Positions 15,941 to 23,204 of a stretch of DNA of 25,999 nt are shown piece after piece. Source of the stretch: Actinomycetota bacterium (lineage in GTDB: Bacteria > Actinomycetota > Thermoleophilia > Miltoncostaeales > Miltoncostaeaceae); contig JBFLWO010000001.1 in assembly GCA_040757755.1 (NCBI GenBank), positions 1 to 25,999 on the forward strand, given 5' to 3'. The notes beneath the pieces were generated by a model that was given only the letters and a program-made list of their open reading frames with translations, was not told where the DNA came from and searched no databases. The translations under genes and the position numbers were made by a program. Each line of letters opens with the position of its first letter. The first letter of the stretch is position 1.

Positions 15941-17733
15941 TCGGCGCCGCCCGCTACCGCACGCACTCCTGCCTGGACGCCGCCGACGCGCAGGGGCGCA
16001 CCGTCCGCGTCGCCGGCTGGGTGCACCGCCGCCGCGACCACGGCGGCCTCGTGTTCGTCGACCTGCGCGACCGCAGCGGCGTGCTGCAACTCGTCTTCGA
16101 CCCGGACACCGCCGGGGAGGCGCACCGCGCCGCCCGCCACCTGAGCCCCGAGGACGTGGTCAGCGTCGAGGGGGCGCTCGTCGCCCGCTCCGCCGAGACC
16201 GTCAACCCGAACATCCCGACCGGCGCGGTGGAGCTGCGCGTCGCGTCGCTCGAGCTCCTCTCCGAGGCCGAGCCCCTGCCGTTCTCCGTGGAGGACGAGA
16301 CGCAGGAGGCGTCGGAGGAGCTGCGGATGACGTACCGCTACCTCGAGATGCGGCGCCCCAAGCGCCTGCGCGCCATCGAACTGCGCAGCCGCGTCACGCG
16401 GGCGGTGCGCCACGTCCTCGACGAGGAGGGCTTCCTCGAGGTCGAGACCCCGATGCTGATCCGCTCCACGCCGGAGGGCGCGCGGGACTTCATCGTGCCG
16501 AGCCGGCTGCAGCAGGGCCACTGGTACGCGCTGCCGCAGAGCCCCCAGCTCTTCAAGCAGATCCTCATGGTCGGCGGGGTGGAGCGCTACTACCAGATCG
16601 CCCGCTGCTTCCGGGACGAGGACCTGCGGGCCGACCGCCAGCCGGAGTTCACCCAGGTGGACATCGAGGCGTCGTTCGTCGAGCCGGAGGACCTGTACCG
16701 GCTCACGGAGGCGGTGATCGTCGCCGCCGCCGGGGAGGCGTTCGTCGACCTGCCCGCGCCGTTCCCGCGGATGACGTTCGCCGACGCCACCCGCCGGTTC
16801 GGCACGGACCGCCCGGACCTGCGCTACGGCATGGAGATCCTCGACTGGACGCCGCAGGCGGCGGGAAGCGAGTTCAAGGTGTTCGCGTCCGTCGCCGCGG
16901 AGGGCGGCGTGGTGCGCGGCATCGTGGTTCCCGGTGCCGGCGAGGGCTTCTCCCGCAAGAACGGGGACGACCTCATGGAGGAGGCCCGCGGCCTGGGCGC
17001 GAAGGGGCTCGTGTGGGCCGTCGCGGAGCCCGACGGCACGCTGCGCTCCCCCGTCGCGAAGTTCCTCGGCGGGCTCGTCGAGGCGTGGGGCGTCGCCCCC
17101 GGCGACCTCGTCCTGATGGTCGCCGACGCGGAGTCCGTGGCGCAGCCGGTGCTCGGCACCCTGCGCGTGCGGATGGCGGAGCGGCACGGCCTGGTGCCGG
17201 ACGGCGCGTGGGCGCCCGTGTGGATCACCGACTTCCCGCTGGTGGAGTGGAACCCGGACGAGTCGCGCTGGGACCCCAGCCACCACCCGTTCACGGCGCC
17301 CCGCCCGGAGGACGTGCACCTCCTGTCGCGCGACCCGGGGAAGGTGGTGGCGCTCGCCTACGACGTCGTGCTGAACGGCAACGAGGTCGGCGGCGGCAGC
17401 ATCCGTATCCACGACCGCGACGTGCAGCAGGCCGTGTTCGACATGATCGGGATCGGGCACATGGAGGCGGAGGCGAAGTTCGGCTTCCTGCTGCGGGCCC
17501 TGCGGATGGGGGCGCCGCCGCACGGCGGGATCGCCCTGGGCCTCGACCGCCTCGTGATGCTCCTCGCCGGCGAGCGGTCCATCCGGGACGTGATCCCCTT
17601 CCCCAAGACCGCGACGGGCGGGGACCCCCTCACGGGGGCGCCGTCCGAGGTGGACGCGGCGCAGCTCAAGGAGCTCGGCCTGCGGATCGCGGCCCCCGCG
17701 CCGCCCGCCGCCCGGGCGCAGCCCGCGTCGTAA
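15937..17733 (+). CDS. aspS: Aspartate--tRNA ligase, probably non-discriminating (Asp/Asn)
   Basis: GWVHRRRDHGGLVFVDLRD, STPEGARDF, LPQSPQLFKQ, CFRDEDLRADRQPEFTQ, GAPPHGGIALGLDR. Confidence 0.98.
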   Translation: MIGAARYRTHSCLDAADAQGRTVRVAGWVHRRRDHGGLVFVDLRDRSGVLQLVFDPDTAGEAHRAARHLSPEDVVSVEGALVARSAETVNPNIPTGAVELRVASLELLSEAEPLPFSVEDETQEASEELRMTYRYLEMRRPKRLRAIELRSRVTRAVRHVLDEEGFLEVETPMLIRSTPEGARDFIVPSRLQQGHWYALPQSPQLFKQILMVGGVERYYQIARCFRDEDLRADRQPEFTQVDIEASFVEPEDLYRLTEAVIVAAAGEAFVDLPAPFPRMTFADATRRFGTDRPDLRYGMEILDWTPQAAGSEFKVFASVAAEGGVVRGIVVPGAGEGFSRKNGDDLMEEARGLGAKGLVWAVAEPDGTLRSPVAKFLGGLVEAWGVAPGDLVLMVADAESVAQPVLGTLRVRMAERHGLVPDGAWAPVWITDFPLVEWNPDESRWDPSHHPFTAPRPEDVHLLSRDPGKVVALAYDVVLNGNEVGGGSIRIHDRDVQQAVFDMIGIGHMEAEAKFGFLLRALRMGAPPHGGIALGLDRLVMLLAGERSIRDVIPFPKTATGGDPLTGAPSEVDAAQLKELGLRIAAPAPPAARAQPAS

Positions 17734-17775
17734 GGGGCCCGTAAGGGACTGTTCAGCGCCGCGACGCCTCCCCGC

Positions 17776-17804
17776 GTGCCGCCGGACCTAGGGTCGGGCG
17801 GCAC
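17776..17804. terminator. Hairpin after aspS
   Basis: GTGCCGCC / GGCGGCAC arms with inner GACC/GGTC. No U-tract. Confidence 0.4.
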
Positions 17805-17828
17805 CAGCACTCGAGACGGGAGGTGTCC

Positions 17829-18569
17829 ATGAGACCGCGTCGCACGATCCTCGCGGGAGCCGCCGCCGCCGGCGCCGCGGCGCTCGCCCTGGTGGCGGGC
17901 GCCGCCGCGTCGGGCGGGGAGCACCCCCGCACCTACCGGGTCACGATCGAGAACCTGACCGGCGGCCAGCCGCTCACCCCGCCGATCCTCGCCGTCCACG
18001 CCGGCCGCCACCTGATGTTCGAGGTGGGGGAGCCGGCGTCGCGCGAGATCCGGGAGATCGCCGAGAACGGCGACCTGGGCCCGATGGCCGCGTTCCTCGG
18101 CGCGTCGCCGCGCGTGGCGGGAACGGCGCAGGGGACCGCGCCGCTCGTGCCGGCCGCGAACCCCGGGAACACGCCGTTCACCTCGTCCGTCGCCCTGGAC
18201 GTCACCGCGGGCCCCGGCGCGCGGCGCCTGTCGTGGGCGTCGATGCTCGTCTGCACCAACGACGGGTTCACCGGCGTGGACGGTCTGCGGCTGCCGCGCG
18301 CGGTGGGGCAGTCCGTGGTCGTCACCACCAACGGCTACGATGCGGGAACCGAGGCGAACACGGAGGACTTCGGTGACATCGTGCCGCCGTGCCAGGGCCT
18401 GATCGGGCAGGCGGGCAGCGAGCCGGGCACCGGCGTGAGCGACCCGGACCTCGAGACGAACGGGGTGATCCGCCACCACCGCGGCATCCGGGGGCGCGAG
18501 GACCTGACGCCCGCCCTGCACGGCTGGACGGACCCCGTCGCCCGGGTCACCGTCACGCGCACCGGGTGA
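17829..18569 (+). CDS. Secreted spondin-N (F-spondin-like) domain protein
   Basis: RBS GGGAGG. Signal peptide MRPRRTILAGAAAAGAAALALVAGAAA, then YRVTIENLT...PLTPPILAVH...IAENGD...SMLVCTNDGF...YDAGTEANTE. Confidence 0.8.
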   Translation: MRPRRTILAGAAAAGAAALALVAGAAASGGEHPRTYRVTIENLTGGQPLTPPILAVHAGRHLMFEVGEPASREIREIAENGDLGPMAAFLGASPRVAGTAQGTAPLVPAANPGNTPFTSSVALDVTAGPGARRLSWASMLVCTNDGFTGVDGLRLPRAVGQSVVVTTNGYDAGTEANTEDFGDIVPPCQGLIGQAGSEPGTGVSDPDLETNGVIRHHRGIRGREDLTPALHGWTDPVARVTVTRTG

Positions 18570-18614
18570 CCACCCGCGGGCCGGGCGCCCACGGGACCCG
18601 GGTGTCCGGCCCGC

Positions 18615-18899
18615 CTACTCCGGGAGGGGGACGGGGACGGTCCGCTCCATCACCATCATGGGGCCGAGCGTGGAGTCAAGCTCGAGCACCTCGTGGGTGA
18701 GGGACTGCCACGCGGCCGTCACGATCACCCCGCCGACACGTCCGGACAGCGATGCGAGCGTCGACTGCAGGAGGGCGTCCTGGCCGGGGGTGAGCCCCTC
18801 GATGTCGGGCGCGAGGGTGACGGCGGGGAGGGGCGGCGGCACGAGCATGCCCCAAGGATCAGCGGCCGGCGCGCCCGTGGGAACGGGGAATGGAGACAT
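18615..18899 (-). CDS. Small hypothetical protein (77-94 aa)
   Basis: Codons after the second Met (ATG 18848) are strongly G/C-ending and the ORF fills an otherwise empty gap. No SD sequence and no recognised family. Confidence 0.5.
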   Translation of the reverse strand: MSPFPVPTGAPAADPWGMLVPPPLPAVTLAPDIEGLTPGQDALLQSTLASLSGRVGGVIVTAAWQSLTHEVLELDSTLGPMMVMERTVPVPLPE

Positions 18900-18947
18900 T
18901 GCCCATGCCGGGAGCCGGGACGGACGTGCTCAAGGGCCGCCACCGCG

Positions 18948-18976
18948 TTGCCGACACAGTAGGCACCGAGTAGTCT
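18948..18976 (+). promoter_or_regulatory. Sigma70-type promoter of the 6S-like RNA
   Basis: TTGCCG (18948-18953), 17-nt spacer, TAGTCT (18971-18976). The predicted start at about 18982-18983 coincides with the 5' end of the long stem. Confidence 0.75.
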
Positions 18977-18980
18977 CGCA

Positions 18981-19132
18981 GGTGCCCTGCCTTGTTCGCG
19001 CTTCGGCTCACACGTGAGCCAACACATGTGATCAGGGGAGCGGTGTCAGGATCCCGGTTCGCCCCGATCCGCCCGCACCCCACCTGCGTGAGCAGGCCCA
19101 CGATCACAGCCGACACGGCAAGGCGGGGCACC
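18981..19132 (+). ncRNA. ssrS: 6S RNA-like long hairpin RNA
   Basis: 14-bp closing stem GGTGCCCTGCCTTG(18981-18994) / CAAGGCGGGGCACC(19119-19132) with one U-G pair, an asymmetric central bubble, and inner stem TGTGATC(19028-19034) / GATCACA(19102-19108). GGGAGC and CCCACCTG..GAGC segments resemble Bacillota 6S as I recall it. Located downstream of hisS-aspS. Confidence 0.75.
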
Positions 19133-19157
19133 GCTTCCTCCCGGAGGTGGTCTCGCA

Positions 19158-19673
19158 ATGGTGCCCCGTCTCGCCGCCGCAGGCGCCTGTGCCCTGGCGC
19201 TCGGCGTCCTCGCCGGGTGTGGTGGGGATGGGTCCGGCTCCTCCGCGACCCCGGACGCCGGCGCGGCGGTCGCCGCGGCCGCGCCCGCGCCCCAGGTGTC
19301 CCGGCCGACCGCGCCGGGAGAGCCGGTGCGTCCCGGCCCCGGCACGCCCCGCCCGTTCGCCGCCGCCGTGCAGAAGGGCAAGGCGGTGGTCGTCGCGTTC
19401 CTGATGCCGGGCGTCGCCGACGACGAGGCGGTGCGCAAGGCGCTGCGCGTCGCCCGCGTCGCGAAGGGCGCGCGCGGCGTCGCGTTCTTCACCTACGACC
19501 TGCCTCAGGCGCGGCGGTTCGGCGACCTGCCCGAGCTCCTCGACGTCACCGGCACGCCGACCGTCGTGGTGATCGGCCGTGACCGGCGCGTCGCCAACGT
19601 CTTCCGCGGCCTGACGGACGCGGACATCGTGCGGCAGGCGGTCAGCGACGCGAAGGACGCGCCCCCGGCCTGA
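19158..19673 (+). CDS. Lipoprotein with a thioredoxin-like fold lacking CxxC
   Basis: RBS GGAGG and lipobox LAGC. Domain GKAVVVAFLMPGVADDEAVRKAL...VAFFTYD...LDVTGTPTVVVIGRDRRVANVFRG follows the Trx beta/alpha order with the cis-Pro motif. Confidence 0.7.
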   Translation: MVPRLAAAGACALALGVLAGCGGDGSGSSATPDAGAAVAAAAPAPQVSRPTAPGEPVRPGPGTPRPFAAAVQKGKAVVVAFLMPGVADDEAVRKALRVARVAKGARGVAFFTYDLPQARRFGDLPELLDVTGTPTVVVIGRDRRVANVFRGLTDADIVRQAVSDAKDAPPA

Positions 19674-19687
19674 CGTCGGAACCCCCG

Positions 19688-19696
19688 TGGTAGCCT
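19688..19696 (+). promoter_or_regulatory. Extended -10 (TGgTAGCCT) 6 nt upstream of ATG 19703; leaderless
   Basis: TGGTAGCCT-CGCCGG-ATG. No SD sequence. Confidence 0.6.
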
Positions 19697-19702
19697 CGCC
19701 GG

Positions 19703-21175
19703 ATGCCGCCGTATCCGCGCGAGGCGATGGCCCACCTGGCGAGCCCGGCCGGCGCCGGCCCGATGGACGCCCCCGACGCGACGGGGGAGTCGGGCGCCGC
19801 GTCCTGCGGCGACGTCGTCCGCATCCAGCTTCGCATCGCCGGGGGGAGGGTGCGGGAGGCGCGGTTCCTCGCGTTCGGCTGCGGCGCCGCCACCGCCGCG
19901 GCGAGCGCCGCCTGCGCGCGGCTCGACGGGGCCCCCCTCGACGACGCCCTGAGGCTCGACGCCGCCACCCTCGACCGTGACCTCGGCGGCCTCGGCGCCG
20001 CCCGCCGGCACGGGCCGGAGCTCGTGGAGGACGCCGTCGCCCGCGCCCTCGAGCAGTGGTACTCCGCGCGGCTCGGCGCGACCGGCCTGCCGCTCGCCCG
20101 CGGCCGGGTCGTCGTCGGCATGAGCGGCGGCGTGGACAGCGCCGTCGCCGCCATGCTGCTGCGCGACGCCGGCTACGACGTCGTCGGCGTCACCATGCGC
20201 CTGTGGCACGACCCCTCCGCCGTGGCCGCCGAGCGGTCCTGCTGCTCCCCCGAGACGGTGCGCCTCGCGCGGGCCAGCGCCCATGCCCTCGGCATCCCGC
20301 ACCTCACGATCGACGCCGTCGAGACGTTCCGCCGCGGCGTCGTCGACGCCTTCGCGCAGGGCTACCGCGCCGGCCTCACGCCGAACCCCTGCGTCACCTG
20401 CAACGGCGAGGTGCGCTTCCGCGTGCTGGCCCAGGCGGCCGCGCTGCTCGGCGCCCGCCGCCTGGCCACGGGCCACTACGCACGCGTCGCCCCCGCCGCC
20501 GGGGGCACGGCCGTCATCGCCCGGGCGGCGCACGCCGACAAGGACCAGAGCTACATGCTGGCGCGCCTCGGCGGGCGGCTCCTCGAGCGCTGCGCCTTCC
20601 CCCTCGGGGAGCTGCGCAAGGACGAGGTGCGCGCCATGGCGGCCGCCGCCGGCCTGCCCGCCGCCCAGGCCGTGGAGAGCCAGGAGGTGTGCTTCGTCGG
20701 CGAGAGCGGCTACGTGCCGTTCCTGGAGCGCACCTACGGGATGCGGCCCGCCCCCGGCCCCGTCGTCGACCCCGCCGGGCGCATCCTCGGGGAGCACGCC
20801 GGCTACTGGCGCTACACCGTGGGGCAGCGGCGCGGCCTGGGCATCGCGGCGAGCGACGGCCCCCTCTACGTGCTGCGCGCGGACCGCGACACGAACACCG
20901 TCGTCGTGGGGCCGCGGGAGGGCCTCGCCGTCCACCGGATCCTCCTCGACGACGCCGTCGTGCACGAGCCGCTCGACGAGGGGCCCGTGGAGGTGCGGGT
21001 GCGCTACCGGGGACGGCCGCTCAGGGGCATCGTGGCCCGCCGCGGCGGGCGGCTCGCCCTGACCCTGGAGGACCCCGCCGACGGGGTCGCCCCCGGGCAG
21101 ACCGCGGCCCTGTACCGTCAGGGGCGCCTCGTGGCCGGCGGGACCATCGCCGGGTCGACCGACGTGGAGGTGTGA
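19703..21175 (+). CDS. mnmA: IscU/NifU-like scaffold domain fused to tRNA U34 2-thiouridylase MnmA
   Basis: Residues 1-120: GAASCGDVVRIQLRI...FLAFGCGAATAAAS...RRHGPELVEDAV. From residue about 135: MSGGVDS, SCC, TPNPCVTCN, ATGHYAR, KDQSYML, SQEVCF, YTVGQRRGLG, APGQTAALY. One uninterrupted frame. Confidence 0.92.
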   Translation: MPPYPREAMAHLASPAGAGPMDAPDATGESGAASCGDVVRIQLRIAGGRVREARFLAFGCGAATAAASAACARLDGAPLDDALRLDAATLDRDLGGLGAARRHGPELVEDAVARALEQWYSARLGATGLPLARGRVVVGMSGGVDSAVAAMLLRDAGYDVVGVTMRLWHDPSAVAAERSCCSPETVRLARASAHALGIPHLTIDAVETFRRGVVDAFAQGYRAGLTPNPCVTCNGEVRFRVLAQAAALLGARRLATGHYARVAPAAGGTAVIARAAHADKDQSYMLARLGGRLLERCAFPLGELRKDEVRAMAAAAGLPAAQAVESQEVCFVGESGYVPFLERTYGMRPAPGPVVDPAGRILGEHAGYWRYTVGQRRGLGIAASDGPLYVLRADRDTNTVVVGPREGLAVHRILLDDAVVHEPLDEGPVEVRVRYRGRPLRGIVARRGGRLALTLEDPADGVAPGQTAALYRQGRLVAGGTIAGSTDVEV

Positions 21176-21178
21176 CGG

Positions 21179-21667
21179 GTGGACATCGACTGGGCCGACG
21201 TGCTGCGCGGCGCGCTGGCCTTCTTCCTCGTGATCGTGGGCCTCGGCATCGCATGGGCGTGCCTGCGGCTCGGCGGCCTGTTCGGCCGCGTCTCGAAGAC
21301 CGTCAACCGGGTGACCGACGAGGTCGTCCCGATCCTGTCCAAGGCGCAGACCACCATGGACGGCATCAACACGGAGATCGGACGCGTCGACGAGATCATG
21401 CAGACCGCCGTCGCCACCACGAAGGGCGCGGAGAAGGCCGTCGGCACCGTCTCGAAGGCCGTGTCCGCCCCCGTGAAGCGCCTCTCCGGACTCGCCGCCG
21501 GGATGCAGGAGGCCGTCGCCACCTTCAAGTCGCGGCGCGCCGCCGAGCGCGCGGCCCGCGAGGAGGCCCAGGCCGCGGAGGCCGTCGCCGCGGCGCGCGA
21601 CGCCGCCGACGCGGTCACCGCCCCGCAGGACGTCGTCGCCCCGGCCGCCGCCGGCGCGGACGGATGA
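21179..21667 (+). CDS. DUF948-like (YoxC/YtxG-type) membrane-anchored helical protein
   Basis: N-terminal TM segment then heptad-like helices (VSKTVNRVTDEVVPILSKAQTTMDGINTEIGRVDEI). Position upstream of alaS-ruvX. Confidence 0.75.
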   Translation: MDIDWADVLRGALAFFLVIVGLGIAWACLRLGGLFGRVSKTVNRVTDEVVPILSKAQTTMDGINTEIGRVDEIMQTAVATTKGAEKAVGTVSKAVSAPVKRLSGLAAGMQEAVATFKSRRAAERAAREEAQAAEAVAAARDAADAVTAPQDVVAPAAAGADG

Positions 21668-21891
21668 CGCGGCTCGTGCTGGGACTCGGCATCGCCGCGG
21701 CCGGGGCCGCGGCATGGCTCGTCGCGCGCGGCCACCGCGACCCGCGGCGCTGGCCGCAGGCGCTCGCCTCCGAGGGGGCGCTCCTGCGCCGCCAGCTGGG
21801 GGAGGCCGTCGCGGCCGGCAAGCGCGCCGCCGCGCGCCGCGAGCAGGAGATCGAGCGCGAGATGGCGGAGGCGACGCGCCCTGGGGCGTGA
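21664..21891 (+). CDS. Small membrane-anchored protein (YtxH/DUF6167-like partner of DUF948)
   Basis: ATGA overlap with the DUF948 stop. MTRLVLGLGIAAAGAAAWLV followed by a charged helix (KRAAARREQEIEREM). Confidence 0.7.
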   Translation: MTRLVLGLGIAAAGAAAWLVARGHRDPRRWPQALASEGALLRRQLGEAVAAGKRAAARREQEIEREMAEATRPGA

Positions 21892-21963
21892 CGATCCGGG
21901 CAGACGCCGGCCCGGCCGTCTCGTAGCATCCCGCCGCCGCGAACCCACGACCGGGGACCGTCC

Positions 21964-23124
21964 GTGACGCACCTTCGACGCCTTCAGGCGGCCGCCGCCG
22001 CCCTCGCCATCGCCGCCCTCGCCGCGTTCGCGGCGGCCTGCTCCAGCGGCGAGGCCGCGCACACGCCGGGTCCGGCGGTGGCGGTGCAGGACGACCACCT
22101 CGCCGTCCCCGACTCGGACATCGAGAGCCGCCTCGACATGATCGCGGCGACGGGGGCGAAGGTCACCCGCGTCGATCTCTTCTGGCGGGACGTCGCCCCC
22201 GCGCAGCCCGCCGACGCCGCGGACCCCGCCGACCCCGCGTACCGCTTCGACCGGGCCGACGCCATCATGCGCGGGCTGGCGCAGCGCGGCATCACCCCGA
22301 TCGTCGCCGTCTTCAACACCCCCGAGTGGGCGGCCGGCGGCCTCGACCCCGACGTCGTGACGGCGTACAACAGCCTGCCGCCGAAGGACCCCGGCGCGTA
22401 CGGGGACTTCATGGAGGCCGTCTCCACCCGCTACTCCGGCAGCTTCGAGGACGCCTCCGGCCGCCGCCTGCCGCGCGTGCGCCACTGGGAGATCTGGAAC
22501 GAGCCGAACCTCTCCCTCTACCTCACCCCGCAGATCGGGCCGGACGGCTCCTACGCCTCCGCCCGCACCTACGCGGAGCTGGTGCGCGCCGCGTACCCCG
22601 CGGTGAAGCGCGGCGGCGGCGCCGGCACCACGGTCATCGTCGGCGCCGGCGGGCCGCGCGGGCGCACCGGCAAGGCCGCCGTGGGCGCGTTCGACTGGCT
22701 CGCCGCGCTCCGCACCGCGAACGTCCCCCTCGACGCGTACTCCCAGCACATCTACCCGGCGGCGGCGCCGACCGTCGACACCGACGCGAAGCCCAGCTGG
22801 AGCAGCGTCGACGAGATCCTCCACGAGCTCGACACCTGGAAGACCGGTCTGCCCCTCTTCATCACCGAGGCGGGGTACACCACGAAGGACACGCCGTTCC
22901 GCAGCTCGCACGTCACCGAGGAGCAGCAGGCGGAGTACCTGGGCGACATCTTCCGCCTGCCGCAGCTGCAGGACCCGCGGGTGCGCGCCGTCGTGTGGTT
23001 CAACCTGCAGGACAACGCGAACTGGCCCGCCGGCCTGCTGCGCGAGGACGGCTCCGAGAAGCCGAGCTACGACGTGTTCCGCAAGGCGGCGGACAACCCG
23101 CAGCAGCGCTCCCTCACCGGCTGA
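21964..23124 (+). CDS. Clan GH-A glycoside hydrolase lipoprotein (GH39/GH5-like)
   Basis: Lipobox-like FAAAC, acid/base motif WEIWNEPN, nucleophile motif LFITEAG. Confidence 0.8.
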   Translation: MTHLRRLQAAAAALAIAALAAFAAACSSGEAAHTPGPAVAVQDDHLAVPDSDIESRLDMIAATGAKVTRVDLFWRDVAPAQPADAADPADPAYRFDRADAIMRGLAQRGITPIVAVFNTPEWAAGGLDPDVVTAYNSLPPKDPGAYGDFMEAVSTRYSGSFEDASGRRLPRVRHWEIWNEPNLSLYLTPQIGPDGSYASARTYAELVRAAYPAVKRGGGAGTTVIVGAGGPRGRTGKAAVGAFDWLAALRTANVPLDAYSQHIYPAAAPTVDTDAKPSWSSVDEILHELDTWKTGLPLFITEAGYTTKDTPFRSSHVTEEQQAEYLGDIFRLPQLQDPRVRAVVWFNLQDNANWPAGLLREDGSEKPSYDVFRKAADNPQQRSLTG

Positions 23125-23142
23125 TCGATCCGGGACGTGCGT

Positions 23143-23179
23143 CCCGCCGCCGCCCGCGCCGCGGCGGTGGGGCGGCGGG
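23143..23179. terminator. GC-rich hairpin between the GH gene and alaS
   Basis: CCCGCCGCC / GGCGGCGGG arms. Confidence 0.45.
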
Positions 23180-23186
23180 GCGGCGT

Positions 23187-23195
23187 TGGTACACT
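23187..23195 (+). promoter_or_regulatory. Extended -10 (TGgTACACT) 9 nt upstream of the alaS ATG
   Basis: TGGTACACT-CGCCCCCCG-ATG. No SD sequence. Confidence 0.6.
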
Positions 23196-23204
23196 CGCCC
23201 CCCG

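Noticed and set aside
23125-23204. T-box leader for alaS (or for hisS/aspS)
   Set aside because: The gap is only 80 nt, has no T-box consensus, and has a -10 right at the start. hisS and aspS have no leader space.
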